Source of the DNA: an uncultured Alphaproteobacteria bacterium
GTDB lineage: Bacteria; Pseudomonadota; Alphaproteobacteria; Rhizobiales; Rhodomicrobiaceae
Direction: 5' to 3'
Assembly: GCA_963766815.1 (NCBI GenBank)
Contig: CAVYBZ010000025.1
Span: 12,883-76,882 of the forward strand
DNA: 64,000 nucleotides
The position numbers were made by a program, and so were the translations under genes. Shown piece by piece: positions 1 through 12,391 of this stretch. Within the stretch, counting starts at the first letter, position 1; the number at the start of each line of letters is the position of its first letter. The notes below the pieces were generated by a model. That model ran no database searches. It was given only the letters and a program-made list of their open reading frames with translations, and was not told the DNA's origin.

Positions 1-17
1 GAGCGGGGTATAGAGCT

Positions 18-1802
18 ATGATTCCGGGATCCGCGGAGGTCTGCCTTTCCGCGTTATTCGTCGATTTCGACAACGTGTATCTATCCTTGCGCCGTCAGAG
101 CGAGGATGCCGCGGGACGTTTTGCGCGGAATCCTGCTGAATGGATGAGCAGGATCGCGACGGGCGGACTTGTCCGCTTCAAGTCGCACCAGGATTATGTG
201 CGCCGCCGTTTCGCGGTGGCGCGCTGTTATGGCAATCCAGGCCGCCTGCTCGTAAGCCGCGGCGGCCCTCACGATCCTCACAATTTTGCCTCCGTGCGTA
301 CGAATTTCATGATCGCGGGGCTTGAGGTCGTGGACTGTCAGCCCCTTTCCTCGCAATTCAAGAACGGCACCGACATCAAGATCGCCTGCGATATCCGCGA
401 CTTTCTTGAACATCCGACCCGGTTCGGCGAATTCATCATCCTTTCGGGCGACGCGGACTTCACGCCGGTGCTTCACCACCTGCGCTCGCACGACCGGCGG
501 ACAGTGGTGTACGCCAACGACAGCACGGCAGATATTTATAAAGCTTTCAGCGATGGCTGGATCGAGGAACGGGAAATGATCTCATTCCTTCTCGATGAAA
601 CAGGCCCAGCGCTGATGATTCCTCAAGACCGCCCGGCACAACCGCGCGCGGAGCTTTCCTACGATGGGGCGCGCTCTTATAGCCAGAGCGTAGCCGCGCA
701 GCAGCCCGCCGTCCGGGCGCTCCCAGCACAAGCGGCGCCGGCGGCTCAGTCCGATTTCGCCCCAGCTTATGCTCAGCCACAGGATGCAGCAAAGAGAAGG
801 CAGCCTCCCGGCCACGTTAATTCCGCGGTGCAATCGCTTATCGAGGATTTCCAGGCGATCGGCGCCGAGATCCTCAATCTTGTCATCGAGGTCGTCCGGT
901 CTTCCGAAAAGCCTGTTCCGATCGCCTATCTGGCTGATCGCGCCCAAAAGATTTTGGGTCATGCAAAGACGCTCGGCACCAATTGGGCAGGCTCCGGGGG
1001 GTTTCTGAACTTTTTGAACGCCACGCTGCCCGAGGGCATCCGCCTGACCGATAAGCCGCCTCATTTCGTTTACGATCCCCAACGGCATCGGCTTGAGGAG
1101 CGCCCCGAACCGCCGGCGCCCGCTCAAATTGCGCCGCAGAAGCTCAATCGCCAGCCCCCGCCAGAGTCGAGTTCGTCGAAACTTGCGGAACTGCAAAATT
1201 CCATCACACGTATTTACGACGCTTGCAAAGCACCGCCGCTTCCGCCGAGCGAATATCAGCTTCTGTTCACGCTTATCGCCACCGAAGTGCACGAACGCGG
1301 CTTTGCGCCCGTCAAGACTGCGCAGGCGGTGGTCGCTCGCGCCAACCAGGAAGGCTTGCGCGTCGCGATGAAGGACGTATCGTTCGTGCTCGACGCGGTG
1401 GATGAAATCGATCCTTGGCTCGAACACACCCGGTCGCCCGCTGCGGTGGCGCGCGCCTATCGCGATTTCGTCCTCGCAAAGTGCCGGCATGCCGGCGTCC
1501 AACTCACCGAGGACGAATATCAACTCGTTCAAGTCTGGTTCGGAGCGAGCCAATGGTCCGCGGTCGGGCAGAACAGTTTGAACGGCGCATCGCCGCTTCC
1601 GGGCGGCAACCAGCAGCGAGGTGGCGGTGGCCATGGCTCCCCGCTTAATCGCGATGTGAGAAGCTACTTGGCCGAACCCGCTCTGCCTGCTCCTGACCCG
1701 CGAAGCGACGTTCCTCTGCCACCGGATTTCGGCTTCGACCGCGACCTAGAGGCGGAGCAAAGCGCCAAAGTCGCTAGCCAGCGTTTCAGTTTCAAGCATT
1801 AG
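18..1802 (+). CDS. NYN domain protein (LabA/DUF88, PIN-like fold) with low-complexity linker and OST-HTH/LOTUS-like C-terminal region
   Basis: 594-aa ORF with NYN motifs LFVDFDNVY, KNGTDIKIACD and LSGDADFTPVL; Pro/Ala/Gln-rich linker; later segment (PVPIAYLADRAQKILG...WAGSGGFLNFL) resembles OST-HTH modules fused to NYN domains. Confidence 0.8.
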   Translation: MIPGSAEVCLSALFVDFDNVYLSLRRQSEDAAGRFARNPAEWMSRIATGGLVRFKSHQDYVRRRFAVARCYGNPGRLLVSRGGPHDPHNFASVRTNFMIAGLEVVDCQPLSSQFKNGTDIKIACDIRDFLEHPTRFGEFIILSGDADFTPVLHHLRSHDRRTVVYANDSTADIYKAFSDGWIEEREMISFLLDETGPALMIPQDRPAQPRAELSYDGARSYSQSVAAQQPAVRALPAQAAPAAQSDFAPAYAQPQDAAKRRQPPGHVNSAVQSLIEDFQAIGAEILNLVIEVVRSSEKPVPIAYLADRAQKILGHAKTLGTNWAGSGGFLNFLNATLPEGIRLTDKPPHFVYDPQRHRLEERPEPPAPAQIAPQKLNRQPPPESSSSKLAELQNSITRIYDACKAPPLPPSEYQLLFTLIATEVHERGFAPVKTAQAVVARANQEGLRVAMKDVSFVLDAVDEIDPWLEHTRSPAAVARAYRDFVLAKCRHAGVQLTEDEYQLVQVWFGASQWSAVGQNSLNGASPLPGGNQQRGGGGHGSPLNRDVRSYLAEPALPAPDPRSDVPLPPDFGFDRDLEAEQSAKVASQRFSFKH

Positions 1803-1986
1803 GACGGTTTCATTTGATGCGAAGTCGCCAAGCGCCGTGCCTGCGCCTTTGATCTGGCCGGACTTGATTCGCTACGGTGGCTCCTTTACGCGGAGCGTGA
1901 CCAGGGACAGGGTTTGGAGCGGCGGGTCATGGCCGCTCTCGCAATGCTGCTTGCCGCAATTGCTGATATTTGGCGCAAGCTAGAGA

Positions 1987-2613
1987 TTAATCGGCTGTAG
2001 GACCGCACCATCCGGGAAGGTAATCGGCGTCGGTTTTTTTTGAGAGCTCGTAGGCAGTCTGAAGCGCCGCCGCGAAATCCTTCTCCACGTCCTTGCGGTT
2101 CAAAAGGCGTCTGAGGTAATCTGCCCAGAGGAACTCGCTGAATGGCGTCGTGTCCTTCGCATATCCGCCCTTGCGGCGAAGCGCGCCCGCCAAACTCCTG
2201 AACGGATCGTCCACCATGTCCTCAATTTTCTTTGGGATATCCGAGTAGGCCTGCCGCTTTCCATGCTCATCGAAGGGGTGAACCAAGCCTCGATTGTCCA
2301 TGAAAACCCAAAACGCGTCCTTGTCCAAGCGCTGCAAATCCAACACCGCTGTCACAAGCACCTGCGTCGAGCCTGCCAACAGAAGCGCCCGGCAGAGATG
2401 GTGGTGATCGATGACGTAGAACCGGTCCTTCGGCCCCTTCACGACGGGAATAATGTTTTTACGCTGCAGCTTGGCTCCGTCCTCCTGCGCCAGCTTCTTT
2501 AGTTTGGCCGCACGGCTCTCGACCTCTATCAATCCTATGGTAATTTGAGTTGGACGCAGATCGTCGATGTCGACGGGGTGCGAGACGGGGGCGCGGACTG
2601 TTTGCATGATCAT
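1987..2613 (-). CDS. ParB-like nuclease-domain protein (ParBc_2 type)
   Basis: Motifs LRPTQITIG, YVIDHHHLCRAL, DDPFRSLAG and PFSEFLWADYLR are typical of the stand-alone ParB/Srx-like family. Confidence 0.8.
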   Translation of the reverse strand: MIMQTVRAPVSHPVDIDDLRPTQITIGLIEVESRAAKLKKLAQEDGAKLQRKNIIPVVKGPKDRFYVIDHHHLCRALLLAGSTQVLVTAVLDLQRLDKDAFWVFMDNRGLVHPFDEHGKRQAYSDIPKKIEDMVDDPFRSLAGALRRKGGYAKDTTPFSEFLWADYLRRLLNRKDVEKDFAAALQTAYELSKKTDADYLPGWCGPTAD

Positions 2614-2834
2614 GATAGCGTTTCCCGGAGAATAGAGCTGCGTGTCAGCGTTTCAACGAATGCGCAGGAGAACCCGTGCGAAGCCAATTCAGCCCATCGC
2701 AAGCCCAATTTCTGGGCCGCATCGTTCATGATCCCCAAAGCGCGCCCGTATAGCAAGGTGCAGAGACACATTGACGTGCAGCGCCGAAAATCGCAAACAG
2801 GCTCGCGCGAAGAGATTGATTAAGGGTGGCAGTC

Positions 2835-3533
2835 ATGGGGAAGTCACGGGGCCGGAGCTGGTACAACCCGATGGCGCTCATGCAGTCGGTTGCGATGCGG
2901 CCGAGATTTTACGGCGCCGTCCTTGTCAGCGCTCTGGCGCTCGCCTTTCTGCCTCACAGCTGGCCCCCCATGGTTCGCGCCTCCGCCGCCTGGGATCTGG
3001 GCGGGATCACGTATTTGCTATTTGCATTCCGGCTCATCCTAACCTGCGGCGCCGGGCGGATCAAAGCGCGAGCGGCGCGCCGCGACGATAGCCGCCTGGT
3101 GATACTGACGATCATTCTGCTCGCGAATGCCGCAAGCTTCGCCGCGATTGCGGGCCTCATCGGGGAGGCGAAGCTTCCGGCGACAGAGCCGCCCGAAAAG
3201 CTTGCATTGGCTGGCCTCGCAGTTCTTACCATCATGATCTCATGGTCCGTGACGCAGGTGGCCTTCGCGCTTCACTATGCGCACGACTTCTACCGTCCCG
3301 ACGCAGGCAGCGACACAGGCGGCGGCCTTGTTTTTCCTGGATGCGATCAGCCCGACTACTGGGATTTTCTCTATTTTGCGACCTCGATCGGCGCGACCTC
3401 TCAAACGTCGGATACCTCCATCCGGTCTCGTGCTTTGCGCCGCCTCGTCACGCTGCACGCAGCTGTATCATTCTTCTTCAATACCGCGGTCCTGGCCCTG
3501 ACGGTCAACATCGCCGCAAGCCTCGCTGGATAA
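2835..3533 (+). CDS. DUF1345 family membrane protein
   Basis: Several TM helices; [24 protein letters not shown] and SFFFNT motifs. ATG at 2835 chosen over the upstream GTG at 2826. Confidence 0.8.
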   Translation: MGKSRGRSWYNPMALMQSVAMRPRFYGAVLVSALALAFLPHSWPPMVRASAAWDLGGITYLLFAFRLILTCGAGRIKARAARRDDSRLVILTIILLANAASFAAIAGLIGEAKLPATEPPEKLALAGLAVLTIMISWSVTQVAFALHYAHDFYRPDAGSDTGGGLVFPGCDQPDYWDFLYFATSIGATSQTSDTSIRSRALRRLVTLHAAVSFFFNTAVLALTVNIAASLAG

Positions 3534-4217
3534 ATGGAAACAATGGACAAGCCAATCATTACAGACGCCGATCACGGAGAAGGCCTCAACACAGGGCGCA
3601 CAGCCCTAAGTTACGCCCTCCTCATCGCCCTCGTTGTGCTGAGCTATTTCTTCCTCGACCGCCAGCTTGCCGAAGCGCTGCGCCCATATACCCATGATGT
3701 GCGCTCCTTCGCTTGGCTCACATATATCGTGCATCCTCTCGCGCCGCTGGCTTCGCTCGCCGCCGCATTCATTGGAGTAAGAGCGCTCCTACGCGGTTCG
3801 CTTAGCCCCACCGAATCCGCGATCTTACGCCTGAGTTGCGCCGTGCTGATAGCCTACGTTCTTAAAGAGGAGTTGAAATATCTTTTTGGCCGGACATGGC
3901 CGGAAACCTGGGTCAACAAGAATCCCTCATTTTTCGGCGATGGAACCTATGGGTTCTTTCCGTTACACGGCGGTCCTGGATACGCATCTTTCCCGTCCGG
4001 CCATACGACGGCTGTGGCCGCCGTGGCCGGGGCGCTTTGGTCGCTTTGGCCGAGACTGCGCTGGCTCGGCATAGCGCTCGTGATAGCGGTGGCCGCCGGG
4101 CTACTCGGCGCGGACTTCCACTGGCTTAGCGATATCATAGCTGGGGGGATCCTTGGGGGGACCACCGGAATCGTGGCAGCGCAAATCGGCCGAGGCGGCG
4201 ATTTAGGATCGGCCTGA
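3534..4217 (+). CDS. PAP2 family membrane phosphatase
   Basis: SFPSGHT and HWLSDIIAG motifs, hydrophobic helices; start abuts the DUF1345 stop. Confidence 0.85.
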   Translation: METMDKPIITDADHGEGLNTGRTALSYALLIALVVLSYFFLDRQLAEALRPYTHDVRSFAWLTYIVHPLAPLASLAAAFIGVRALLRGSLSPTESAILRLSCAVLIAYVLKEELKYLFGRTWPETWVNKNPSFFGDGTYGFFPLHGGPGYASFPSGHTTAVAAVAGALWSLWPRLRWLGIALVIAVAAGLLGADFHWLSDIIAGGILGGTTGIVAAQIGRGGDLGSA

Positions 4218-4611
4218 ATGCCTCACTTGGCGCTAATTTCGAAGACAACGAGATACGCGATGACAACCAGCGCGAGGCTAATTCCGAGTATATGAAGCAC
4301 GTGCCGCCCCGAAAGCCGCGCCGAGTCTCAAGGGCGCTTTTCTCGATCGGTTTGGCGTTATTCCACCGCTGGTTGAGGACGATCGTTCCGAATCAGGGCG
4401 CATCGCGTTCACCATCGTGGACCTCGGTTTCTGAGTGCAACGCCGGCGCCTCTTGGCTTTTCCCGCTTTCGCCAAGGCGCCATTTCGTAAACGAGCGTTT
4501 GAAGAGCTTGCGTTTTTCCCCGACCGAGATTTTGCTGAGATACGAACTTCTACTTAACTGCAACAGTAAATCAACATTGTTCAAACTGCCGAAAATAAGA
4601 CAAATTTGAGC

Positions 4612-4640
4612 TTGACGGGGCAGGTCGCGCAACCTATTTT
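4612..4640 (+). promoter_or_regulatory. Putative sigma70 promoter of the str operon
   Basis: TTGACG (4612-4617), 17-nt spacer, TATTTT (4635-4640), about 200 nt upstream of rpsL. Confidence 0.6.
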
Positions 4641-4739
4641 GCGCTCACTCTGGTGGCAGGTCGTAAGCAGGTTTGCGCGCGCTGGCGTGCTTTTTTTCGC
4701 TTAAACACTGCCGCGAAGACACCGGACAAACATATATCC

Positions 4740-4812
4740 GAGATGAGAGGCTCAGGCCTCAGGCATCTCAGTTGTCTCCATTGGACCGGGTAACGGGTTT
4801 TCCGCCGGTCCA
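4740..4812 (+). promoter_or_regulatory. Structured rpsL leader (two hairpins)
   Basis: GAGATG/CATCTC stem (4740-4769) and TGGACCGG/CCGGTCCA stem (4782-4812) in the 5' UTR of rpsL. Confidence 0.45.
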
Positions 4813-4838
4813 TCCGCCTTTTTGATTTGGAAGCGTTG

Positions 4839-5210
4839 ATGCCAACGATACAGCAATTGATCCGCAAGCCGCGCGTCGCGCCGGTTAAGCGAAACAAAGT
4901 GCCGGCAATGACGGAATGCCCGCAAAAGCGGGGCGTCTGCACGCGCGTCTACACGACGACGCCGAAAAAGCCGAACTCGGCTTTGCGGAAAGTGGCGCGC
5001 GTCCGTCTTACCAACGGCTTCGAGGTCACAAGCTACATTCCGGGCGAAGGCCACAATTTGCAGGAGCACTCCGTTGTTCTGATTCGCGGCGGCCGCGTGA
5101 AGGACCTTCCAGGCGTCCGCTATCACATCATTCGCGGCGTGCTCGATACGCAGGGCGTGGCGAAACGTAAGCAGCGCCGTTCGAAATATGGCGCGAAGCG
5201 GCCAAAGTGA
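4839..5210 (+). CDS. rpsL: 30S ribosomal protein S12
   Basis: [12 protein letters not shown]...[13 protein letters not shown]...[10 protein letters not shown]; ATG at 4839. Confidence 0.99.
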   Translation: MPTIQQLIRKPRVAPVKRNKVPAMTECPQKRGVCTRVYTTTPKKPNSALRKVARVRLTNGFEVTSYIPGEGHNLQEHSVVLIRGGRVKDLPGVRYHIIRGVLDTQGVAKRKQRRSKYGAKRPK

Positions 5211-5240
5211 CCACCGTTAACGGCGAAGATTTGATTTTGA

Positions 5241-5762
<522 letters not shown>

Positions 5763-5787
5763 GTTTTAGGATGGCGAGGGCTTAGTC

Positions 5788-7863
5788 ATGGCACGTCAGA
5801 CCCCGATCGAAGACTATCGTAATATCGGCATCATGGCTCACATCGATGCTGGTAAGACGACCACGACTGAGCGCATCTTGTACTACACCGGTAAGAGCCA
5901 CAAGATCGGCGAGGTGCATGACGGCGCCGCGACGATGGATTGGATGGAGCAGGAGCAGGAGCGCGGCATTACGATTACCTCGGCTGCGACCACCGCTTAC
6001 TGGAAAGGCAAGCGCGTCAACATTATTGACACGCCTGGCCACGTTGATTTCACGATCGAGGTGGAACGCAGCCTGCGCGTGCTTGATGGCGCGGTCGCCC
6101 TTCTCGATGCAAACCAAGGCGTGGAGCCGCAAACCGAAACTGTTTGGCGTCAAGGCGATAAATATAACGTTCCGCGGATGATCTTCGTCAACAAGATGGA
6201 CAAGATCGGCGCCGATTTTTATGCCTGCGTTCAATCCGTGATCGACCGTCTCGGCGCGAAGCCGCTTGTGGTTCAGCTTCCGATTGGCGTTGAAAGTGAC
6301 TTCAAAGGCATCGTTGATCTCGTTCGCATGAAGGGCGTGATATGGGACGAGGATACGCTTGGCGCGAGCTTCCGCGACGTCGAAATCCCCGAAGACCTAG
6401 CTGAGAAGGCGAAGGAATATCACAACAAGCTCGTCGAGACGGTTGTCGAACTCGATGACGAGGTGATCCACGCTTACCTTGAAGGGCATCATCCCGATGA
6501 GGCGACGCTGAAGCGGCTCATTCGCAAGGGCACTATAGTCAGCCAATTCTATCCCGTGTTCTGCGGCTCCGCATTTAAGAACAAAGGCGTGCAGCCGCTG
6601 CTCGACGGCGTACTCGATTTTCTGCCATCGCCGGTCGACATCCCGCCCATCAAGGCGATCGATGTGAAGACGGGTGAAGAGACGGTGCGTAGGTCATCCG
6701 ACGATGAGCCGCTCGCGCTGCTTGCTTTCAAGATCATGAATGACCCGTTTGTCGGCTCGCTTACTTTCTGCCGCATTTACTCCGGCAAGGTCGAAACCGG
6801 CATGCAGCTCATCAATACCGTCAAGGACAAGAAAGAGCGCATCGGCCGCATGCTTCTTATGCATGCGAATAGCCGCGAAGACATCAAGGAAGCTTTCGCC
6901 GGCGACATCGTGGCTATTGCTTCTCTGAAGGATACCATTACTGGGGATACGCTTTGCGATCCGAACAAGCCCGTGATTTTGGAGCGCATGGAGTTCCCAA
7001 ATCCGGTGATCGAAGTCGCTGTCGAGCCTAAGACGAAGGCCGATCAGGAAAAGATGGGCATGGCGCTCAACCGGCTGGCGCAGGAAGACCCGTCTTTCCG
7101 CGTGTCTACCGATCAGGAAAGCGGCCAGACCATCATCAAGGGAATGGGCGAACTCCACCTTGAAATTATCGTGGATCGCATGCGCCGTGAATTTAAGGTG
7201 GAAGCCACCGTCGGCGCGCCTCAAGTCGCCTATCGCGAAACTATCACCCGGAAGCAGGAAGTTGACTACACGCACAAAAAGCAAACCGGCGGTACGGGTC
7301 AGTTTGCGCGCGTGAAACTTGTGCTCGAGCCGCAAGAGCAGGGGGCTGGATTTGTCTTTGAGAGCAAGATTGTCGGTGGCGCGGTTCCGAGAGAATACGT
7401 TCCGGGCGTCGAAAAGGGCGTCCGTAGCGTGCTCGACAACGGCGTCTTGGCTGGCTTTCCAATGCTTGACCTCAAGGTATCGCTGATCGACGGCGCCTAC
7501 CACGAAGTTGACTCAAGTGCGCTTGCGTTCGAGATTGCGTCGCGCGCCGCTTTCCGCGAAGGCGCTCAGAAGGCTGGCCCGAAGCTTCTTGAGCCCATCA
7601 TGAAGGTCGAGGTCGTCTCACCCGAGGATTATGTGGGCGGCGTGATTGGCGACCTTACGAGCCGCCGCGGCCAGATCCTGGGACAAGAAATGCGGGGGAA
7701 CGCCACGGTTATTAACTCCATGGTGCCCCTTGCGAATATGTTTGGTTATGTGAATACGCTGCGCTCGATGAGCCAGGGACGTGCGCAGTTTACTATGCAG
7801 TTCGATCACTATGCGCAGGTTCCGCAGAACGTGGCAGAAGAGGTTCAGGCGAAATTCGCTTGA
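5788..7863 (+). CDS. fusA: Elongation factor G
   Basis: [31 protein letters not shown]; 691 aa. Confidence 0.99.
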   Translation: MARQTPIEDYRNIGIMAHIDAGKTTTTERILYYTGKSHKIGEVHDGAATMDWMEQEQERGITITSAATTAYWKGKRVNIIDTPGHVDFTIEVERSLRVLDGAVALLDANQGVEPQTETVWRQGDKYNVPRMIFVNKMDKIGADFYACVQSVIDRLGAKPLVVQLPIGVESDFKGIVDLVRMKGVIWDEDTLGASFRDVEIPEDLAEKAKEYHNKLVETVVELDDEVIHAYLEGHHPDEATLKRLIRKGTIVSQFYPVFCGSAFKNKGVQPLLDGVLDFLPSPVDIPPIKAIDVKTGEETVRRSSDDEPLALLAFKIMNDPFVGSLTFCRIYSGKVETGMQLINTVKDKKERIGRMLLMHANSREDIKEAFAGDIVAIASLKDTITGDTLCDPNKPVILERMEFPNPVIEVAVEPKTKADQEKMGMALNRLAQEDPSFRVSTDQESGQTIIKGMGELHLEIIVDRMRREFKVEATVGAPQVAYRETITRKQEVDYTHKKQTGGTGQFARVKLVLEPQEQGAGFVFESKIVGGAVPREYVPGVEKGVRSVLDNGVLAGFPMLDLKVSLIDGAYHEVDSSALAFEIASRAAFREGAQKAGPKLLEPIMKVEVVSPEDYVGGVIGDLTSRRGQILGQEMRGNATVINSMVPLANMFGYVNTLRSMSQGRAQFTMQFDHYAQVPQNVAEEVQAKFA

Positions 7864-7941
7864 GCGAGAGAAAAGAGTCAGTCAGGAGCTTTTTCCGGCT
7901 AGTCACTAGACCGGCATGAAAGAGGAAGAACGGAGAGCCAA

Positions 7942-9132
7942 ATGGCCAAGGCAAAATTCGCGCGCACCAAGCCCCATTTGAATATCGGGACCATCGGTCA
8001 CGTCGACCATGGCAAGACTTCCCTGACGGCTGCGATCACGAAGGTGCTGGCTGAAACAGGCGGCGCGACCTTCACCGCCTACGATCAGATCGACAAAGCT
8101 CCGGAAGAGAAAGCACGCGGCATCACGATTTCGACCTCGCACGTTGAATATGAGACGGCTAACCGTCACTATGCGCACGTCGATTGTCCCGGTCACGCAG
8201 ACTATGTGAAGAACATGATTACCGGCGCCGCACAGATGGATGGCGCAATCCTGGTGGTTTCCGCGGCCGATGGCCCGATGCCGCAAACGCGCGAGCATAT
8301 TCTTCTTGCGCGCCAGGTCGGCGTGCCGGCGCTGGTTGTCTATATGAACAAGGTTGACCTTCTTGACGATCCAGAGTTGCTCGAACTTGTCGAACTCGAG
8401 ATCCGCGAGCTGCTTTCGAAGTACGAGTTCCCCGGCGACGATATCCCTATCGTGAAAGGATCGGCAAAGCTGGCGCTTGACGGCGATAAGGGAGAGCTTG
8501 GCAGGGAGTCCATCCTCAAATTGATGGAAGCCGTCGACGCCTACATTCCGCTACCGGAGCGTCCGCGGGACCAGCCCTTCCTGATGCCCATCGAAGACGT
8601 GTTCTCGATATCCGGACGCGGCACTGTCGTAACCGGCCGTATCGAGCGCGGCGTCATCAAGGTTGGCGAGGAAGTTGAGATCGTCGGTATTAAGCCGACC
8701 GTGAAGTCGGTTGTCACCGGCGTTGAAATGTTCCGCAAGCTGCTCGATCAGGGCGAGGCTGGCGACAATGTGGGTTGCCTTCTTCGCGGTATCGATCGCG
8801 AAGCGGTTGAGCGCGGTCAGGTTCTCTGCAAGCCCGGTTCTGTAACGCCGCATACGAGGTTTAAGGCCGAAGCCTATATTCTGACGAAGGAAGAGGGTGG
8901 CCGTCATACGCCGTTCTTTGGAAACTATCGTCCGCAGTTCTATTTCCGCACGACGGACGTGACGGGCGTGGTTCATCTTCCCGAGGGCACCGAGATGGTG
9001 ATGCCGGGAGATAACATATCGATGGAGGTCGAGCTTATCGTGCCGATCGCCATGGAAGAGAAGCTTCGTTTCGCGATCCGCGAGGGCGGCCGCACAGTTG
9101 GCGCCGGCGTCGTCGCAAGCATCATAAAGTAG
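7942..9132 (+). CDS. tuf: Elongation factor Tu
   Basis: [23 protein letters not shown]; 396 aa. Confidence 0.99.
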   Translation: MAKAKFARTKPHLNIGTIGHVDHGKTSLTAAITKVLAETGGATFTAYDQIDKAPEEKARGITISTSHVEYETANRHYAHVDCPGHADYVKNMITGAAQMDGAILVVSAADGPMPQTREHILLARQVGVPALVVYMNKVDLLDDPELLELVELEIRELLSKYEFPGDDIPIVKGSAKLALDGDKGELGRESILKLMEAVDAYIPLPERPRDQPFLMPIEDVFSISGRGTVVTGRIERGVIKVGEEVEIVGIKPTVKSVVTGVEMFRKLLDQGEAGDNVGCLLRGIDREAVERGQVLCKPGSVTPHTRFKAEAYILTKEEGGRHTPFFGNYRPQFYFRTTDVTGVVHLPEGTEMVMPGDNISMEVELIVPIAMEEKLRFAIREGGRTVGAGVVASIIK

Positions 9133-9190
9133 CTACGGGAATGAGGAGCGGGCGTCTCAATGCGGGCGCCTCTTCTTTTGGGAGTGACAC

Positions 9191-9499
9191 ATGGCAGGCC
9201 AAACAATCCGCATTCGGCTTAAGGCGTTCGATCACCGCGTGCTCGACACCTCCACCAAGGAGATTGTCAACACGGCGAAGCGGACTGGCGCGGATGTGCG
9301 GGGGCCGATCCCGCTGCCAACACGTATCGAGCGCTATACAGTAAACCGCTCTCCGCACATCGATAAGAAGAGCCGCGAGCAGTTCGAGATGCGCACTCAC
9401 AAGCGGCTGATCGACATTGTCGATCCGACGCCGCAAACCGTGGATGCGCTCATGAAGCTCGATCTCGCGGCTGGCGTTGACGTCGAGATCAAGCTTTAG
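9191..9499 (+). CDS. rpsJ: 30S ribosomal protein S10
   Basis: [14 protein letters not shown]...[14 protein letters not shown]. Confidence 0.99.
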   Translation: MAGQTIRIRLKAFDHRVLDTSTKEIVNTAKRTGADVRGPIPLPTRIERYTVNRSPHIDKKSREQFEMRTHKRLIDIVDPTPQTVDALMKLDLAAGVDVEIKL

Positions 9500-9613
9500 G
9501 GGCTTAATATCGCCAGCGTAACGGCTGCGCGAATAAAAAGTAAGAGTCGATTTGCCCGTGGCGCCAATCGTGGCCGCGGCGAGGGAAGATTTTACGGAAA
9601 CTGAGGCAGACCG

Positions 9614-10333
9614 ATGCGATCGGGATTGTTGGCACAAAAGGTTGGCATGACGAGGATCTTCACCGAAGCGGGCGAGCATGTGCCGGTGACGGTGTTGAAA
9701 CTCGATCAATGCCAAGTAGTCGCGCATCGGACGCAAGAGGCGAACGGCTACACAGCGCTTCAACTCGGCGCAGGCACGCGCAAGGTGAAGAATGTGACGC
9801 GTGCTCAGCGCGGACACTTTGCCAAGGCGCAGGTCGAGCCGAAGGCCAAGGTGGTTGAATTTCGCGTTTCACCTGAGAATTTCATTGAGGTTGGGGCAGA
9901 ACTGACGGCGGATCACTTTGTTCCCGGGCAGTTCGTCGATGTGACCGGAACCAGCATTGGCAAGGGCTTCGCCGGCGCCATGAAGCGCTGGAATTTCGGC
10001 GGCTTGCGCGCGACGCATGGCGTCTCGATCTCGCACCGCAGCCATGGTTCGACCGGCAACCGGCAAGACCCCGGCAAGACCTTCAAAGGCAAGAAAATGG
10101 CCGGGCATTATGGCGTCGAGCGCATCACCACGCAGAATTTGAGGGTAGTCCGCACGGATGCCGAGCGCGGTCTGATCCTTATCCACGGGGCGATACCCGG
10201 CGCAAAGGGCGGCTGGGTCATGTTGCGGGACGCGGTCAAACGTCCCCTCCCGAAAGAGGCGCCAATACCCGGCGCCTTCCGCAAACTAAACAACGACAAC
10301 GCCGATGCAGGCTCGGAAGCGGGGGCGAAATGA
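9614..10333 (+). CDS. rplC: 50S ribosomal protein L3
   Basis: KVGMTRIF...[15 protein letters not shown]...GKKMAGHYG. Confidence 0.99.
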   Translation: MRSGLLAQKVGMTRIFTEAGEHVPVTVLKLDQCQVVAHRTQEANGYTALQLGAGTRKVKNVTRAQRGHFAKAQVEPKAKVVEFRVSPENFIEVGAELTADHFVPGQFVDVTGTSIGKGFAGAMKRWNFGGLRATHGVSISHRSHGSTGNRQDPGKTFKGKKMAGHYGVERITTQNLRVVRTDAERGLILIHGAIPGAKGGWVMLRDAVKRPLPKEAPIPGAFRKLNNDNADAGSEAGAK

Positions 10334-10950
10334 AGGCGGATGTGATCACCCTCGATGCCTCCTCCGCGGGAAGCATCGAACTGAGCGATGATGTGTTCGC
10401 ACTTGAGCCGCGCGCAGACATTTTGCAGCGTATGGTCCGTTATCAGCTTTCAAAGAGGCAGGCTGGCACCCACAAGGCAAAGCAGCGCAGCGAAGTAAAC
10501 GGACCGAACAAGAAGATCTATAAGCAAAAAGGCACCGGGCAGGCGCGCCACGGCAACGACAAGCCACCTCAGTTTCGCGGAGGCGGACGCGCATTTGGTC
10601 CCGTTCCGCGCAGCCATGCGCACGACCTGCCAAAAAAGGTCCGCGCGCTCGCTTTGAAGCATGCGCTTTCTTCCAAGGCCAAGTTGAACGCCATCCTGGT
10701 GCTCGACAAGGCGGAGGTATCTGAACCAAAAACGGCGCATCTTCGCGGCAAGTTCGACGGCTTGGGCCTGACGAATGCGCTCATCATCGATGGGGCTTTG
10801 CTGCAGGATAATTTCGCGCTCGCCGCGCGCAACATCCCGAATGTGGATGTGCTGCCGGTCCAGGGCATCAATGTTTACGACATTCTGCGCCGGGATAAGC
10901 TCGTGCTTACCCGGGCGGCGCTCGAAGCGCTGGAGGAGCGGTTCAAATGA
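10330..10950 (+). CDS. rplD: 50S ribosomal protein L4
   Basis: RQAGTHKAK...[10 protein letters not shown]...[10 protein letters not shown]. Confidence 0.99.
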   Translation: MKADVITLDASSAGSIELSDDVFALEPRADILQRMVRYQLSKRQAGTHKAKQRSEVNGPNKKIYKQKGTGQARHGNDKPPQFRGGGRAFGPVPRSHAHDLPKKVRALALKHALSSKAKLNAILVLDKAEVSEPKTAHLRGKFDGLGLTNALIIDGALLQDNFALAARNIPNVDVLPVQGINVYDILRRDKLVLTRAALEALEERFK

Positions 10951-11240
10951 GGGAAGAAGAACTTTACGACGTTATCCGGGCTCCGCTTGTGACCGAGAAA
11001 TCGACCATGGTGTCGGAAAACAATCAGGTGATGTTCAAGGTTGCGATCAACGCCACGAAGCCGGATATCAAGGAAGCCGTTGAGCGGCTTTTCAACGTCA
11101 AGGTGTTGGCCGTTAACACACTGATCCGCAAAGGTAAGATTAAGCGGTTCAGGGGCGTGAAGGGCCAGCAAAGCGATTTCAAGAAGGCGATCGTTACGCT
11201 CGAGGAAGGGCAAACGATTGACATAACTTCAAGGCTGTAA
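10947..11240 (+). CDS. rplW: 50S ribosomal protein L23
   Basis: PLVTEKST...[16 protein letters not shown]...KKAIVTL. Confidence 0.98.
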   Translation: MREEELYDVIRAPLVTEKSTMVSENNQVMFKVAINATKPDIKEAVERLFNVKVLAVNTLIRKGKIKRFRGVKGQQSDFKKAIVTLEEGQTIDITSRL

Positions 11241-11268
11241 GGCAGACTTCGGTAAGGGCGCATTCGCC

Positions 11269-12102
11269 ATGGCATTGAGATCTTATAACCCCATAACGCC
11301 GGGCCTTCGACAGCTGGTGCTGGTCGATCGCTCGCAGCTGTGGAAGGGCAAGCCGGTGAAGGCGCTGACCGAAGGTCGCTCCGAAAGCGCCGGACGGAAC
11401 GTGCACGGCCACATCACGGCGCGGCGGCGTGGCGGCGGCCACAAGCGCACCTACCGGCTCGTCGACTTCAAGCGGCGCAAATTTGACGTGCCCGCCACCG
11501 TCGAGCGCCTCGAATACGATCCGAACCGCACGGCGTTCATCGCGCTCATCAAGTATGAGGACGGTGAGCTATCTTATATACTTGCTCCGCAGCGACTGAA
11601 CGTCGGCGACAAGGTTGTGTCCGGCAAGAAAGTCGACGTGAAGCCGGGGAACGCCATGCCCATGGCGAACATGCCGATCGGCACAATTATCCATAATGTG
11701 GAGATGAAGCTTGGCAAAGGCGGCCAGATTGCGCGTTCGGCGGGCTGCTATGCGCAACTCGTGGGCCGCGACCAGGGAATGGCGATTTTGCGCCTGAATT
11801 CGGGCGAGATGCGCATGGTGCAGGCCGACTGCATGGCCACCGTTGGCGCGGTGTCCAACCCGGATAATTCGAACCAAAACCTCGGCAAGGCCGGACGCAA
11901 CCGCTGGCTCGGAAAAAGGCCCAGCGTGCGCGGCGTCGCAATGAACCCGATCGACCATCCGCATGGCGGCGGCGAAGGCCGCACCTCGGGCGGCCGTCAT
12001 CCCGTCACCCCGTGGGGCAAGGGCACCAAAGGCACCCGCACCCGCAAGAACGTGCGCACGGATAAATACATCATCCGGGCCCGGCACGTGAAGAAGAAGT
12101 AG
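11269..12102 (+). CDS. rplB: 50S ribosomal protein L2
   Basis: [12 protein letters not shown]...[17 protein letters not shown]. Confidence 0.99.
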   Translation: MALRSYNPITPGLRQLVLVDRSQLWKGKPVKALTEGRSESAGRNVHGHITARRRGGGHKRTYRLVDFKRRKFDVPATVERLEYDPNRTAFIALIKYEDGELSYILAPQRLNVGDKVVSGKKVDVKPGNAMPMANMPIGTIIHNVEMKLGKGGQIARSAGCYAQLVGRDQGMAILRLNSGEMRMVQADCMATVGAVSNPDNSNQNLGKAGRNRWLGKRPSVRGVAMNPIDHPHGGGEGRTSGGRHPVTPWGKGTKGTRTRKNVRTDKYIIRARHVKKK

Positions 12103-12110
12103 AGGCAGCG

Positions 12111-12389
12111 ATGACACGCTCAGTTTGGAAAGGGCCGTTTGTCGACGGCTATGTGATCGCGAAGGCTGACGCCGCGCGCGATAAAAAGTCGAACGCGCCG
12201 ATCAAGATCTGGAGCCGGCGCTCGACAATATTGCCTCAGTTCGTGGGGCTAACGTTCGCCGTGCACAACGGACAGAAGCACATTCCAGTGCTCGTCTCGG
12301 AGGACATGGTCGGGCACAAATTCGGTGAGTTTGCGCCAACCCGCACCTATTACGGCCACTCCGCCGATAAGAAGGCGAAAAGGAAGTAG
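12111..12389 (+). CDS. rpsS: 30S ribosomal protein S19
   Basis: [12 protein letters not shown]...WSRRSTILP...[11 protein letters not shown]. Confidence 0.99.
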   Translation: MTRSVWKGPFVDGYVIAKADAARDKKSNAPIKIWSRRSTILPQFVGLTFAVHNGQKHIPVLVSEDMVGHKFGEFAPTRTYYGHSADKKAKRK

Positions 12390-12391
12390 CC

